Assembly: GCA_965637545.1 (NCBI GenBank)
Contig: OZ281498.1
Span: forward strand, 8,122,001-8,186,000
DNA from: Phallusia mammillata
Lineage: Eukaryota
Length of the DNA: 64,000 nucleotides
Direction: 5' to 3'
Shown here: piece by piece, positions 46,601 to 59,710 of the stretch
How positions within the stretch are numbered: the first letter of the stretch is position 1
How the letters are laid out: every line of letters starts with the position of its first letter
The notes under the pieces: model-generated
What the model saw: the letters and a program-made list of their open reading frames with translations, nothing else
Database searches by the model: none
Told to the model about the DNA's origin: nothing
Made by a program: the position numbers and the translations under genes

Positions 46601-49444
46601 TTTCTCATATCGCAAGGCATAGACTGAAAAAAATCTAGCCTACGGTGGGATTTGAACCCACGACCGAAGCCTATACTGGCCTTGCGCTGTACCAACTAAG
46701 CTTCACAGGCTCAGTGCATGGTAATGCCAAGCAAGCACCACTGCCTGCCTTGTGTGCTGCACATGTCAGCTTCGTAGTACTGGATCACCAGTTTGATCAT
46801 TATTGTGCTGAGATGAACATTCTTTCATAACTGGGTTCAACAAAACGTATTAATTAGTTTTTCGAGATACCGAGGAGGAAAGTGACCATTCTTGTCACTA
46901 TGTGCCGGCGCACATAATACAATTTGGCCTCATTGCCAACCAGCTTGTATTTTAAACAGATGGAAGATTGTTGGATCACTATCGACAGAAGCCCGAACGC
47001 TGCGAGGCGATACAACGTAATCAAAGATGGGTAAGGCAAAACAAATTAAAAAACTTAACAGGAGTTGACGACTTCATAAAAATTCATAAAAACACCACAG
47101 AAAACTTTCATAGACTCATTTAAATCAGCGGAATCGGGTTTAAATACTTAACTAACCACTCTTTCACTTTAGTGGCGGAGCTCATTTAACTTATCCCATG
47201 ACAGGTGCAAGGTCAACCACGATTACGACCCACAACAAGCTATCAATGTAACCCGAAATCACGAGCCAAGATTCGGGACGTTCAACTTCCAGTCGTTTGT
47301 GTGGACAAACATCAGTGACTTGGATCAAGTCATATACGCTCATTGCTTTGTTAAAGTTTGTGATAGTAGCGCGGCTTTCTGCTATAAGCCGGTAAGTTCC
47401 GTTTGTCTGGAGCCAATTGTTTATAGGTCAAGACACAAGTGTTACAGCTGATCACGCTTGCCCAATTATTCTACGCCCTCTTTGGCAGAAACCTGTGACG
47501 CTTAATTGTAGTACATTGCAATTTCAGGTAGAGCTACTAACACCGCAACGCACACGACACCCAAAGTCGATTAGGGGGCGTAAAGAGCTGAATTTTTTAT
47601 TTAGCGGCTATAAATGGGTTGGGTTGGGAAATAAGTTTTTAAATTTTTTACATTAGTAACTAATTTTTTGGGTTAGTTTTATTGAATTTTAAGTGCTAAT
47701 ACCTTACCCCGACCCTAATAGCCCTAACCGTGAGCATTTTTGGAGATATAACCAAATCGACTTTGGATGTCGTGTGCGTTATGGTGTTAGTAGCTCTACC
47801 GCAATTTCAAGCAATGAACTCCTCAGTTACCAATAGAGATCCTATTCCATAAAAAGTGACTGCCTTGGCATCAGTTCCGCATATTATTTACGACATATCC
47901 AGTTGACTCTTCTTTCCTGAGTGCTTAGTTAAAGGATGGATTAAGCTCAATTTGCTTTAATGGCACATCGATCGTTGGAAGTTCTGCATGGGTGTATTAA
48001 TATCATACAAGCTCTTTGTCAGTTTTGTTTGTACGAAAGTCAAACTCATCCAGTTTTTACGTGAAATCCCATTCTATAAAACTTCTACATCCGTTTTACA
48101 TCCAAACGGACCCCTTTTTATAAATATTTAAATCTGACGGCATTTAGAAGGCTTGAAACCTTGTAAGTTGTTGCATTTTACGAATTCCTTTAACATCTCA
48201 CGGAGCAGTTGGCCGTTCGAACACCCCAAGTTGGGAAGCGCTGGTATATAATCTTTTTTCGTTTGTGATTTAAGAGCTGCACCAATGCAAGGAAGCGGCG
48301 TGACGTTGAACGTTCAGTCGGCCGCGACGAGACTGTATCAGTTGGACCTTTGATATTGTCCAAGACATGGAGGCAGAATTGCTCAAAGGTAACTGTTTAT
48401 CGTGGATTCACTAAAAAGCCTAATTCATACCGAACATCGATTCAATACTTGGATCTGCTCGCTTATGTAGACCAGCGATCACGGTACACTCATATATAAA
48501 TCACAGTACGCCTTCAATCGGCCCGGCGTACTGAATCTAATTCTTACTGTATACTGGTTTGAGTCTTGAAATTTACTGAATTACTGCGACCCAGGTTCAG
48601 TTTGTTGGGTTTTATAAATCGTAAGTATGATAGACAGCAGTAGTAAAGTCACCGAACCTTTGCGGTATAAAATTTTTTGACCACGAATGTTGCATGTAAG
48701 TCAACAGCGAAAAGTGCAATTTCCCACAATCTGAACAATACTGTGGCTCCCTGTTTTTAACAGATTCGAGTTTAAAGTTAAAATTTAAGCAGGACATTAA
48801 ACAAATTAAGCCACAGTGCAACAAATCCTTCCATCTTTAGTGTTCCGATTTGTGCCGAGCCTTGCGGGATGAGGTGATATGTTCATGCAGGCCTGGTAGA
48901 GATCTGGCAGCAAACGGAAGGGATTGTACAGGTTTTAAAATTCCTTGTCAAACATACATTATTATGAATGCTTTGAAGAATACATATCAAAATAAATAAC
49001 TTCAATGAACTGAATACAGTGCAATTTGGAATATTTTTCTAGATAAAATATGTGCAAAACGAGCCAAAATATTCTATTTAATTTTAAACCTTTCAAATAA
49101 AAAACATAACTGCCAGAGAACAAAGAATATAAACCCCGTCTTAGGCTCAGTTATCAAAACTGATGATTGTACTGTTGATGACTACAACGATTGTTGAAAA
49201 GTCTGCTTTTTTAAAAATTACTGTATAGTTTTTCTAAATCTTTATACATTCTCAATTCTGACTTTTTTGATTTAATTGAATAAGTCCAGGTGTAACAACT
49301 TTATACTGCTCAGATAAAATGATTTCTTCACCAAATGTCTCGGATTTACCAAACCAGATCATCTTTATCTTGGTGGGAGTCATAGCACTTCTGGCGATTG
49401 TTGTGATCCTTCTTGTCCTAAGATGGCGGTGCACATCAAAGTAG
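40685..49444 (+). CDS. Signal peptide-CUB-CUB-ZP-furin site-EGF-TM protein (CUZD1-like architecture); exons 40685-40742, 41255-41418, 41866-42022, 43368-43555, 44315-44477, 45125-45176, 45239-45401, 45874-46043, 46302-46482, 46960-47030, 47205-47391, 48275-48388, 48841-48931, ~49314-49444
   Basis: Phase-consistent exons. CUB motifs (VYEGLNSSGILLGTY; QYLSNLACEMIV..FTLSF..DGLYV; LKVDFVT), ZP motifs (FEFTCSY, EDCWIT...YNVIKDGC, FNFQSFVW, IYAHCFVKVC), RKRR, EHP VSVGPLIL, EGF (C..CSDLC....VICSCRPG..L..NGRDC), TM IIFILVGVIALLAIVVILLVL. The 3' end could extend by one more exon. Confidence 0.85.
40996..41039 (-). ncRNA. Degenerate Penelope-type minimal hammerhead ribozyme motif
   Basis: Minus RNA: UGCC-CUGAUGA-A-GGUGUC(loop)GACAUC-GAAA-CACU-GGCA. 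Stems I and II pair, but the cleavage triplet is non-canonical. Confidence 0.5.
44085..44260. mobile_element. hAT-type MITE, family A
   Basis: Near-identical to the copies at 650-811 and 2965-3099; right TIR eroded. Confidence 0.75.
44706..44949. mobile_element. hAT-type MITE (family of 7670-8348)
   Basis: Internal sequence matches the host element at 7670 without the nested insert; TSD ggctaaaa/gcctaaaa. Confidence 0.7.
45410..45800. repeat. Degenerate (CTGT/GTCT)n low-complexity intronic tract
   Basis: Dense ctgt/gtct/tgtt tetramers. Confidence 0.55.
46575..46845 (-). mobile_element. Second copy of the tRNA-like composite repeat (tRNA-like unit 46637-46710)
   Basis: Shares ctacgaagctgacatgtgcagcacacaaggcaggca and tgcactgagcctgtg with the 22606 copy; B-box ggttcaaatccc followed by a long T run. 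Confidence 0.75.
47527..47800. mobile_element. Mutator-like MITE with ~45-bp TIR and 9-bp TSD
   Basis: ggtagagctactaacacc...caaagtcgatt is mirrored at the right end; perfect TSD gcaatttca. Terminal fragment also at ~59841. Confidence 0.85.
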
Positions 49445-51204
49445 TTTCATTGAATTCTGATATTAGGCTTATCTTCTTGCTTTATAGCTGCACTGAAATA
49501 TATATTAACTCGTTTAGCCAATAACGATTAAACATATATGTGGCCACAATCCATACCTATTCAACAGAGTTGTAAGTCGGATCTGGCCTTCGAAGTCTCA
49601 AAAACATGGGCCTAAGTTTCAATTTTCCCACACTTCAGTTTCCCTTATTGGCACCGATATGCATATGCTAAGATGTGTGTATTGATTTGATGCAAAATAC
49701 AGTACATTGTGCGGATATTACTGTCGGTTATCTAACGTATATTTCACATTTTTTGCTAGAAGTAGCTTTCGGGGCGCATTTGTGCTTGCTTTTTCGGGTT
49801 TAAACCTTGATGTTGGAGCAAACATTACAACTCAAGTTTTTGGTACCTTTGGTTTTTGCGTGCTACATAGGGCGTGGACCTTACAGACAATTGCCCTTAC
49901 TGGCCTTTCAGCAGGTGGCTTTTTTTTGTCTCTTCGTCTTACGTACAGTAGATACAGTAGAGCGTAGGAATAAAGGAATAAACCTGGTCTAGTAATTAAG
50001 TGTTTGCATTTGTTAGTAGGACAATGGTTCACATTTTTTACAACGTCATTGGTAATTAAAGGCACGCATTTTTAGCTTTAAGAGTGAGATTATTTTGGAG
50101 ATATTGCATTCTAAAGCTAAGCCAACGTATTTATAAGATTTATATCTACCCAGTCAGAAAAATTATCTCCAGCCATCTATGATTTTCCCCCCGAAAACCC
50201 AGGGAAAAAGTAGGATGAAAAGTTGATACTGAGCCAAATGATATCAAGAACCTATATCTACCGAACTTGCCATGAAACTTGACGCCCACAGTTAAATCAC
50301 AGATAAGAACTTTGTATGGTTTATCTGCGGGCCTTTATCAGCTTTTATCTGTTTTTTCTTAGGACCATTTTCGGTTACCTGACAATTTCACCATTTTAAC
50401 TATGAGCAATATATTTTTAGCGCATAACGTTTACACCATTGACAGTACTCACAATTCGACAAACAAAAGTTCGAGGTACAAAATAAACAGCCCAGGAAAC
50501 ACCTAATAAACAGCATCTTCCAATTCACTTTATGACACAGCTGGATAGTTTGTTTCCCTTTCATCTCGCCTACGGACACAAACAAATAGTTAGATTACAA
50601 TTGTACAGGAAAAATAAGTATAACACTAAGAAGGTGATCCTGGCTTGCTTGTATTAAACTTACCATAACAAAAATATATTGTGTGAATCAGACTTCTGTT
50701 GCCACGTATCGGTTTTGACAAAACTGAATCTAAATACTAGTTTTCACTTGTCTTTCCTCATTTACTTTATGAATAATAAACAGACACTTTCTGGAGTAAA
50801 GCTGTTGTCACCAAGACCACTCACGGTGCATTCTTTTGCCTAAGGTTTTGCATCACTGAGCCCTACGTTTTTAAAATTTCTTAAACCGTATTAGAAACCA
50901 TGCGACAACCGACTTTCGGAGAAAGTTGTTGCCTCATTTTTCAGCACAAAACGATCATGCACGACTGAAACCCCCAAAACTGCTGCATTTCAATCTGCCA
51001 CTGTTGATATGGCAAATTTAAAGCAAACACTGTTGGATGTAAAAATTAAAAAGAGTTATGCTCATGCACCTGCAAGCATGAGCATAACACATCTGTGATA
51101 ATTTTTAAAAATAGCATAATAAACGGTCGGTTTATTAGTGCTGATAATGATTATAATCATATTAATGATAATTATTAATGACAACAACCCGAAATGAATA
51201 AACG

Positions 51205-51293
51205 GTTGCTGCCAGGCATAATGCTCGTATAACCGAGTGTTGCTTATCCAGCAGTTTTATTGTAAACAATCGACGTTTCGACGTCCTATACAA
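51205..51293 (-). repeat. Truncated copy of the hammerhead-bearing repeat (3' half only)
   Basis: Near-identical to 61975-62058 (atccagcagttttattgtaaacaatcgacgtttcgacgtcct) but lacks CTGATGA. Confidence 0.65.
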
Positions 51294-53372
51294 CCCCAAA
51301 TGTTTCGGATAAATAGTATACGGAAGAGCATTTGGCGATCTACCTGTCATATCTGGTGTGTATGTTTGTGCCATGTTTGGCTTTGATACGCATGGCCCAT
51401 ACCACTGCACAACACAGATTTATCTTTCACGTTGGTTTGTGTTATACAAACATGGCAGAAGGTAGATGTCGTAAGGATATGTGGGGAAATTTTGTTTCTT
51501 GCCTGGAGAAAAACACAAGAAAATTTCTGACTGGGTAGGTACTAGTTGTAAAATAACCAGCTGTATCTGTATGTATAAACAACATATTTTTACCACATTA
51601 TCTTTTGATGATGGAGTGTTACAAAACTACTGTTACTTTAATAATAGTGTGCCATGACATAGTTTTAGGATTCAAATTGTTTTGTTTTTATTTGATTAAT
51701 AAGTGGGAAATCAGTTATTGTAAACCCTTAATTGTTCAGGAGTGAGTTATAATTCGGGTCTGATATAGGCTAAAGTTTTTTTAAACAAATAGGCCTGACT
51801 TCACATTCTCTCTCCGCAATTACAAAGAATCACACGCAGCTAAGTATCTAATTGGATGATACCCAGCGGGGCTTCTTAAAAACGATATTGTGCCGGGTTT
51901 CGGCTTTATGATTTTGGATTCGATTCCGGTTCGGTGTCGTTTTTCGGACCCTACTACAAGTCTGGTTTGGCATACATATATACGGACAGAAACAGATTTT
52001 TTTTCATTTCCAGCTGGGCACCGACTCCTACAAATACACCTTTGGCCAAAAGTACAAGACGTGAATTTCGCGCTAAATATTTGGGAATGATAGGTGTCGG
52101 TATGTTCGATATTTTGTTGTTGTATAGAGGTTGAGGTGCAGCAACTTTCTTAACACAATAAATGTGTCACTTGGTGTAGCAGTAAAAAAATTTATCACTC
52201 ACAAAAAATGTTGGACAGTTGCGAATTGCAATGTCATGTCATAAAACACATTTCACAATTTGTTATTTTCTTAACGATTTAAAAATTCACAGGTTAACTT
52301 TTTGTAAGTAACCCCTAAATAACTAGAACGTGTTTGAGTTAAAAGTTTCACAAATACTTCGGAAAACAATGGAAACTTAAATCCAATTAAGCTATGAGCC
52401 ACTCCACAAAAAAACTCCAATAGGTGAGTATTGTGCGAGGACAGTTATATTTATATTTTTCTGACCTACTGGATCTTACATTCTTTAACAGAAATTATGA
52501 GCAATCTAATGCCAATTTATTAGGGTCTTTCAACAACAGAGCATAAGAAACCATATTGCAACCCACGGATTTGAATTTACAAATGAACTACTTAACTCAA
52601 TTTAGATCTATTTTATTAGCATGAAAAAGAGTTCATTTGTGTAGAATAAAATCAATTACATGTTTGACAATAATGTTAATATAAAGCAGCTCAAATTCCA
52701 GTTGTGACCAGCAAGTATCTAAGTCAGCTTCAAGAGTAGCATCCACTTTTACATATAACAGCTGAATGTGCGCATAGCAGGTGTAGACCCGTAAAAACAA
52801 GCCATCTTAAACATTCTGCGAAATCAATTGCATGCGCAATCTTTCCATATATACAAAGTTACACAAAATACTCGGTTTAGGTCGTTAACAACGCAAAAAC
52901 TATATTCAAGATTGCGTTTTCGCTTCAGGGTAATAACGTTTGATTCCAATACAATCAAGCTAACTTCAACACAAAGAGGAAACGGAAAACAGGGATACTA
53001 TAATAAGGAAAATACTATAATAGGTACAGCGTCTGTGAGTAAACAAAAAAGATAAAGGATCAGAAATTTGATGCCTTTACACATTTCCAAATTACGTGTG
53101 ATGAACGCACTTGTTGTGTACATGAACAAAAAAGTTAATCTTCAAAATTAACCGGGCCAATTTAGGTGTCATACGGAGTCGAGCTGGTCTCCCAAGTCTT
53201 CCTATTCGTAATTTATGTTTATCTTAGAAATATTGAATATTGAAATATTTACATCGTTATACGTTTTTTTGCATTCAAAATGTACATAAAATCAGAGCAG
53301 AACAGTACAAAATATCACACTAGTAGCACCACATTGGGATTTATGCGGGTACCAGTCTTTCTTTGCAGCATT

Positions 53373-55203
53373 TTATATAGCAGCATCGTCTTCTTCAGAA
53401 GAGGTCAGTTCTTCTGCTGAACTCTCCCAGTCATTTTCTGCAACAAGCTGTTCCATCTGCATTTCTGCAATAGGCTGGTCTTCCTGCATCTCTTCAATGA
53501 CGTCATTAACTTCTGTTGCTTCTGTAGCATGTTGCAGTAATGTATATCTATGAAATAAAACATTTATAAACAGGGATTGGCAATACTGTTTATTGATCAA
53601 AAAAGGGTAGAGCGAAAGTGACAACAGAACGATTGCTTTTCATGAATTGCCGGGAGAATAATTAGTTCTTCGGTAATTATAGTGACAGCCAGTTTTGACC
53701 AATTGTTTTTACAAACGCCAAACTTCTTTTTGTGACTTCTCAAAACACATTCATTGTATCATTGTGCATTTTCTGGCTAATTTAATCGTGCTATAATTCT
53801 TAATGAGTGGTATGTAGTCTTATCCTGCACTAGGTGTTTGGCCAAAAGCTACTAACTGCTTCCGTTTGTATGCATGAAGATTGGAAAAAAAATCAGACAA
53901 CAAGTTTTCTGCTCACCGACCTGTTTAATGGACGTTTTTAAGGTGGTTAAATATTGCGTAAGTGCTAGAGCGTGTGGTTTTAGAAAACGCAACATCTAAG
54001 GCCGGTAATATTTGAAGGAAAGTAAAACTGCCTTGACGTGCGTGATGTGCCGCTGAAAAAAAAAATATATGAAATACACATTGCTACACGGTAACAACAA
54101 ACCTGCAATATTCTTAGAACACGCCGCTAGTGTGGTTGAAAGGTTCAACGTGTAGCAATGTATATTTTTTTGTGTTTTTTATTTTAGAGGCACATCAGAC
54201 ACGTCAAGGCAGCTTAACTTTGCAAATATTCGGCGCCTACGGTTGAAACACATCGGCGTGTTGTTACAACACACCGGTTCTTGTAGCGTGATGGTCAAAC
54301 TGGCTGTCAAGAAGCAGCATGTACTGTAGAGCAGGCTATGGTGTTAGGACAGGCCAGCTATTGCGTTTGGGCAGGCCATGCTGCTGGTTAGTGGTATGAC
54401 AAGCTTCCCACGTAGCCTTTGCCAATTCCAACCCAGACCAGGTTTTTCTAGCCTATGCTTTGTGGTATTTAACAGGCTGGATTTAGCCAAAAATGCTTCT
54501 AAAATATTAAAAATATTATGTGATTTCTCATTACATTTATTCGCTCCAGAATTACACAATAGTTAAATCTACTTCCATTTGTTTTTTCTAAATTTTTCAT
54601 GTTACCATAACTTTCAGGTCAAACTTATTCTTTACTTTTCAAACACATATTTCGTAAATTCGCAACAGTTTTAGCGTTCCAAACAAAAAACAACAGATTG
54701 TACTTAACTTACAAGCGAAAAAATAAAGCCCAAGTGTATTCCCAAAGAATTTCCCTTATTTCGTCTCTGTATATGATAATGCTGACCAACATAAGACCCT
54801 GACAAAAAATAGTGCTTAGTATTCCTTAGTATTTAAGTCGATTTCGGAGCAAAATCGTCGACTATTACTAATTAAACTTTGTTTTTGAGTTATAACAACT
54901 GTGATCTTGTACGGCTTAAAGCAGCAACACTAAAGCAGCAACACTTTTGCTCCAAAATCAGTCAACACTAAACAGAATTCATAAAGCATCTTTTTTACCC
55001 AGACTCTTATTCAAATAGAATCTGAAAACAAATATGTTTGTTTTTTAGTTGGTGTCATAAGTGTTAAGAACCGTTTATTGTTGACTGTTATATTAAAAAG
55101 ACGTATACCACAAGTCGCATACCACAATTTGTTGATTTAGTACAACGAAAAACGATCTTACCCAAATGCCAAAAACTTCATCCGAGAATAAAAAAAAATA
55201 CAT
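53373..55203 (-). CDS. Orphan small protein A (100 aa, hydrophobic N-terminus, acidic tail); exons 55203-55162, 54798-54713, 53547-53373
   Basis: MYFFLFSDEVFGIW|GLMLVSIIIYRDEIREILWEYTWALFFRL|YTLLQHATE...EEDDAAI; gtaag donors and phases consistent; exon 2 is homologous to 61185-61100. Confidence 0.7.
53683..54309. mobile_element. Inverted-repeat element in an intron of orphan A
   Basis: tgacagccagttt(t)gacc / ggtcaaactggctgtca ends, plus internal inverted repeats (ctgccttgacgtg / cacgtcaaggcag; cattgctacacg / cgtgtagcaatg). Confidence 0.6.
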
Positions 55204-57605
55204 TTTGCTTTTATCCAAAAAATATCAAAGTCTTTCTTTGGCAATTATTGGTAATCGGTCAGAAATCGAGTTTATACGCATCAACAGGGTTGTCACTGTT
55301 GTTCGAATGAAATAATCTAGTTTGACCTCGAAAACTATCTGGAATCGTCGATCTAGATTAAAAAAAAACACCCAAAAATATATCTAAACTTAAAATACTC
55401 CAATTTAATGTAATATAACAGGCAAACAACAACACATATGAATGTTTTATTATAAATTGTTCTATATTAGATGTTAAAGAAGCTTACTTCTTTCTTATAA
55501 TTACTCTATTTTTACTGTTACAGTTATAACATTATAACGTTAAGGCTTTTGTGGTTATCTGGGTGGAAAGTTTGTCGGCTTGTACTGTTCCTATGGTGAT
55601 AACAAACGTTGAAAAATCTATCTAGATTTTATAGCCATCATCCAAATCACAAATTTTACATCTAGGCTTAAACAATCTAGATCTAGCTATAAAATTTCTA
55701 GAGTTGCTGCCCTGCCCATCAAGGTCCAACCGATGACTAGGTTTTCCAATTGAAACCAGTGGTGCGTAACCGTAATTAAAAAATTAAAGTTTCAAATAGT
55801 ATAGGGTACTTTAAACACAGTTTTAAGTTAGAATGTTATAGCAGCAAAACTTATTATGTGCCCCAAATTTTTTACTGAATCACGTGACACATCTAAGCAA
55901 GCGGAAATTTGGACTACCGTTATGTAACCCTGACGTCATTAAGTGCAGATTATTTATTATTTTATAATTTCATTTTTTGTTAAAAAGTTGATGCGTCGTA
56001 ACAAATTCTCACAATCTGAATTTATTAGAACATTTTGTGTTTCGTCATACAACACAATGGCCCCTTGTTTTGTGGTCTTGCGAGTCCTTGGTTGTACACC
56101 TATTGTCTTTCGTAGGTTAGCATAGTTTAAATTACACATCAAAAAGCATTGTTGTATTGCTTATGTCAAATGAATCTGGAGGATTAAACATCTAGCCAAG
56201 TATATTTGAATACCCTTGGGATAAAGGTCATCCAGCTATTCAAACGTGCAGTGCTGGTTGTGTGCTACTGTCCATATTCATTCTTGTGCTAAGCAGACCG
56301 CTTTAAGCCCGGGCAATATTTTGCTAATCCCTTCGACAAAATCACTAACTTTGGGTGCAACAAGTTTGTTGTTAGGCCATGTCTCGCCTACATAATGTAA
56401 TGCTCCCGCCCTGGTCAATTTTCCTCACAGACCGGCACCAGACTGTACACTTGCATCGTCTGTGTAGTGTAGCAAAGTAAGACTGACGGAATTTGTAACT
56501 TACATGTTTGTTATAGGCAGAGAAAGCATATTGTGTTTGTCCGTTTTTTTCTTCTTTTTTTGTCTAACTCTGGCTTGTACAACGCATTGGTAAAAAAACA
56601 GAGATTTTAAACTTATTCAAAATTACACACATGTCAGTTAGCTGTAAAAAATTATTCTCCTGAAGTTTGACCCCAGATGACCTAGCGGCTCACTCACAGA
56701 TCACCAAACATGAATTTTAAACGACTATCTTACTGAAGTACACGATTCAGGAGTTTCATACTTTGATGGTTTGTGCATTGTAAAGTATTTTAAAAGGTTT
56801 TGTAACTTTCAGATGTCCCCATTTTACCTCATAACCCAGAAATCTTCGTTTTTAGGTTCACCAGTCCTTTAGGTCAGAAATACAAGCCCCTACGTGCTAA
56901 AATGTTAAACAATTGTTCTTTGTCTGTTGTTTTTAATTTTAGCCTGATTATCCCAATGGTTACCTTTACAGCGCGTAATCTGTGCACACTGGGCAGTCAG
57001 ACAGACAGGTGTCACTAGAGATTCACTAGTTGTGGCGGTTGCAGACCGAAAAGTCTCTGCTTCACCACCCAAATAAGAGGGAAATCAACTATTTTAGCAC
57101 AGTAATTTTATGTGGTTTTATTAAATAAGCATGTGCATTCCAGTTTTGACGAAGATTTTATACTTCAGACGCGATTTAAACTCGAAAAAAGATACTTCAG
57201 GTGATACTATATCAGACAAAACGTTGTTAATTAAAATAAATGTAAAAAAATGGACTTTTTCCAAAAGCCCTAATAAATAGTCAATAAACGGCCATTGTCA
57301 GTGTTACATCTTTTTTGTCCAGTAATTGCCGATTTCTATTGATTCCCGCTTTTCCTCGCTACAAATTGTGCTGTAACAAGTTGTAATCTATTGCGTTGTG
57401 TGACGTAACAATTAAATGTCAATTTTGTGTGATAACGCAACGTGGTTTAGTTCTTTTCGTTTCTGACATCCGTGGAGCACGGCGCTATGTTGTTTATTGT
57501 CGTATTGGCGGTTATTATTGGTGAGTCACTTTTGTATACATGTGTTAACGACTCCTAAATGTAAATTACCATAATGAATGCCAACTTAACTGCAATGACC
57601 TAAAT

Positions 57606-58062
57606 CAGTGTTTCCCAACCTATGGGTCGCGACCCAAAGTTGGGTCGCCTGACAATTCTGTTGGGTCGCCTGCTTTTGTGGCAATAAAAGCATCTACTGC
57701 TTGACTTCGTTTCGTAGCGTTATTTTATTATTTCCCAAGGCTATAAATTGTTGCCCAATAATAATCTATGACAATTTGGCGTGGTAGTGGTTAATTCTGA
57801 TTGTGACGCCATAATGTTTGTGTGAGATCACTGTTAAGCGTTGTCTGGCTCATAATGCTTTGAACCAGCTCTAAGTTGGTTAAAAATAAACGAGTATTGT
57901 TTGATTTTTCAAATTGGCGCAGAAATTTTCGAAAAGCCTCCCTGATTTACAAACAAAAATCAACCAAAAATAGTAAGAATGTATGTTTATGGGTCGCAAG
58001 AATCCATAAAACCAAATTTTGGGAAGTATTTGGGTCGCGACAAAAAAGGTTGGGAACCACTG
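57606..58062. mobile_element. hAT-type MITE (gggtcgc subterminal repeats)
   Basis: cagtgtttcccaacct / aggttgggaaccactg; perfect TSD acctaaat. Confidence 0.88.
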
Positions 58063-59344
58063 ACCTAAATAATACGTCATTTTGCTTTGTAATAGGCCTA
58101 GTTGTATTGTACCTGTAGTTGGGTTTTAGGCAAGTTGCTTAAGTTATATTTGTTCAAGCTGCGTTATTGTACGATACTCACGTGAAGCGTAATTTTTCTA
58201 CACTGCCGCTTTACATAGCTCGGTAAGCATTGTGTATGACGTCATAATGGCATATTGTGGTCTCATACTTTCTTGTGTATTTAGGTATGTGACAGTGATT
58301 TCTGGCAATGCCCGTGTTATAGGTTTTTTCCGGTTTCTAAAACACTTGGTGAGCTTTAAGTTACATTCCTACATTTTAAGCGCAGTGTTTAATGCCCTGC
58401 TTTACGTAGAAACCGTTCCTTCTGTTCACCTTCTCCCCTCGTATAATGTTCCGGGCTTTACGGGTGTGTGTTAACAAGGCGTTACAGTCAGCTTGACCGC
58501 TGTAAGACGATAGGTCACTATAAATAATCGTACCGTTTTTACGGTAACCAATTCGCATATAACACGTGAGTGGGGCCATGTCCACTTATTCGTGTTTATT
58601 TGCAAAAAAATGTATAAAAAATCAGTAAATAGAGTATGCAATATATGAAGTGCAAATTTTTCGAAATGCCACGTTTCTAGTTAAAAGATAATTGCCAGCA
58701 CATTCAAAGAGGTTTTAACTTTAACCTAACTGCCTTTATTTTCAACATAGCGTATTCTGCAAAAAAATTTATCACACTGCTCATTTTACTTACGCTGTAC
58801 GTCGGTGTTTCTCTTTGCCATCGTTTTCCATTTTCTATTTCCCGAATATAACTTCCGCGTAGACCGATGACTATCCATGAGCAAGCTTTCAGTTGTAAAT
58901 ATTTAGTTTTGTATATCGTCCTCTTTTTAGGAATTCGAAGTCATCCCAAGTACAAATCCCGATAACTTTTGAACGCCTATTTGATTCTGTGCAACACTTT
59001 GTGGTCATATCTTATTATTTCCTTTAAACTTGCGCAGCCGTCCACCGGCCCTTTACGTTGACAAATACATTTGACGATGCGGGGCGGGTAATGACTGTAG
59101 TAAAGTCGCTTGGTTGTGGGGACGCTATCATTGTTATTTAATACCTTTTGTTGTCACAAAGGTTTAATTTAAATAATAGCATCTTTTGTTTATTGTAACG
59201 CCAATAAACGAAGCGATACGAAAAACTCAATGCGATAATAAAAACAAACAACGAAATCATCAGGCCGATGAATTTCGGGCACGTCACGCCTGACAACGCG
59301 GTGCCGTTACCCCTCGGGGTTGGTCAATAAGAGAAGAAGAAAGC

Positions 59345-59710
59345 CAGGGCCATTACTCCCCGCCTTGGCGGATATGCTTGGGCCCTGCGAGAAGCGGCGC
59401 GAAGTGAAAAGAAAAAGGTAAAGACGTCACGAGTACCCGACATAGAAATCGTAGTACGAATAACGAAAAATAAAACACGCACGCACGAATATAAAAAACA
59501 AAAAAAAAATGACGTCACCGGTACACGACATAAAAATCGTAGTACAAGAGACACGCACGAGAAAATAGAGAGCGAAACAAACAAGGGTCACGTGAAGCAC
59601 GCAAGAAAACAAAAACGGTTGAGAATTGTAAGGCAAAAAGACAGGGTCTTCGCTCCCCGCCGACGACGGGTATGCATTGACCCTGGGAGAAGGGCGAAGA
59701 GGGAAGGTAG
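59345..59710 (-). other. Two covarying GC-rich stem-loop motifs flanking short tandem repeats (probable mobile-element-derived structured RNA)
   Basis: Motifs at 59345-59387 and 59642-59685; between them, duplicated gacgtcac..gtac.cgacata.aaatcgtagtac units. Confidence 0.4.

Noticed and set aside
46637-46710. tRNA gene on the minus strand
   Set aside because: Irregular anticodon arm (6-nt loop) and a D-stem mismatch; part of the repeat family.
59345-59710. HDV-like ribozyme assignment
   Set aside because: A CGAA precedes a helix in one copy, but P3/L3/P1.1 cannot be formed consistently in both copies on either strand; left unassigned.
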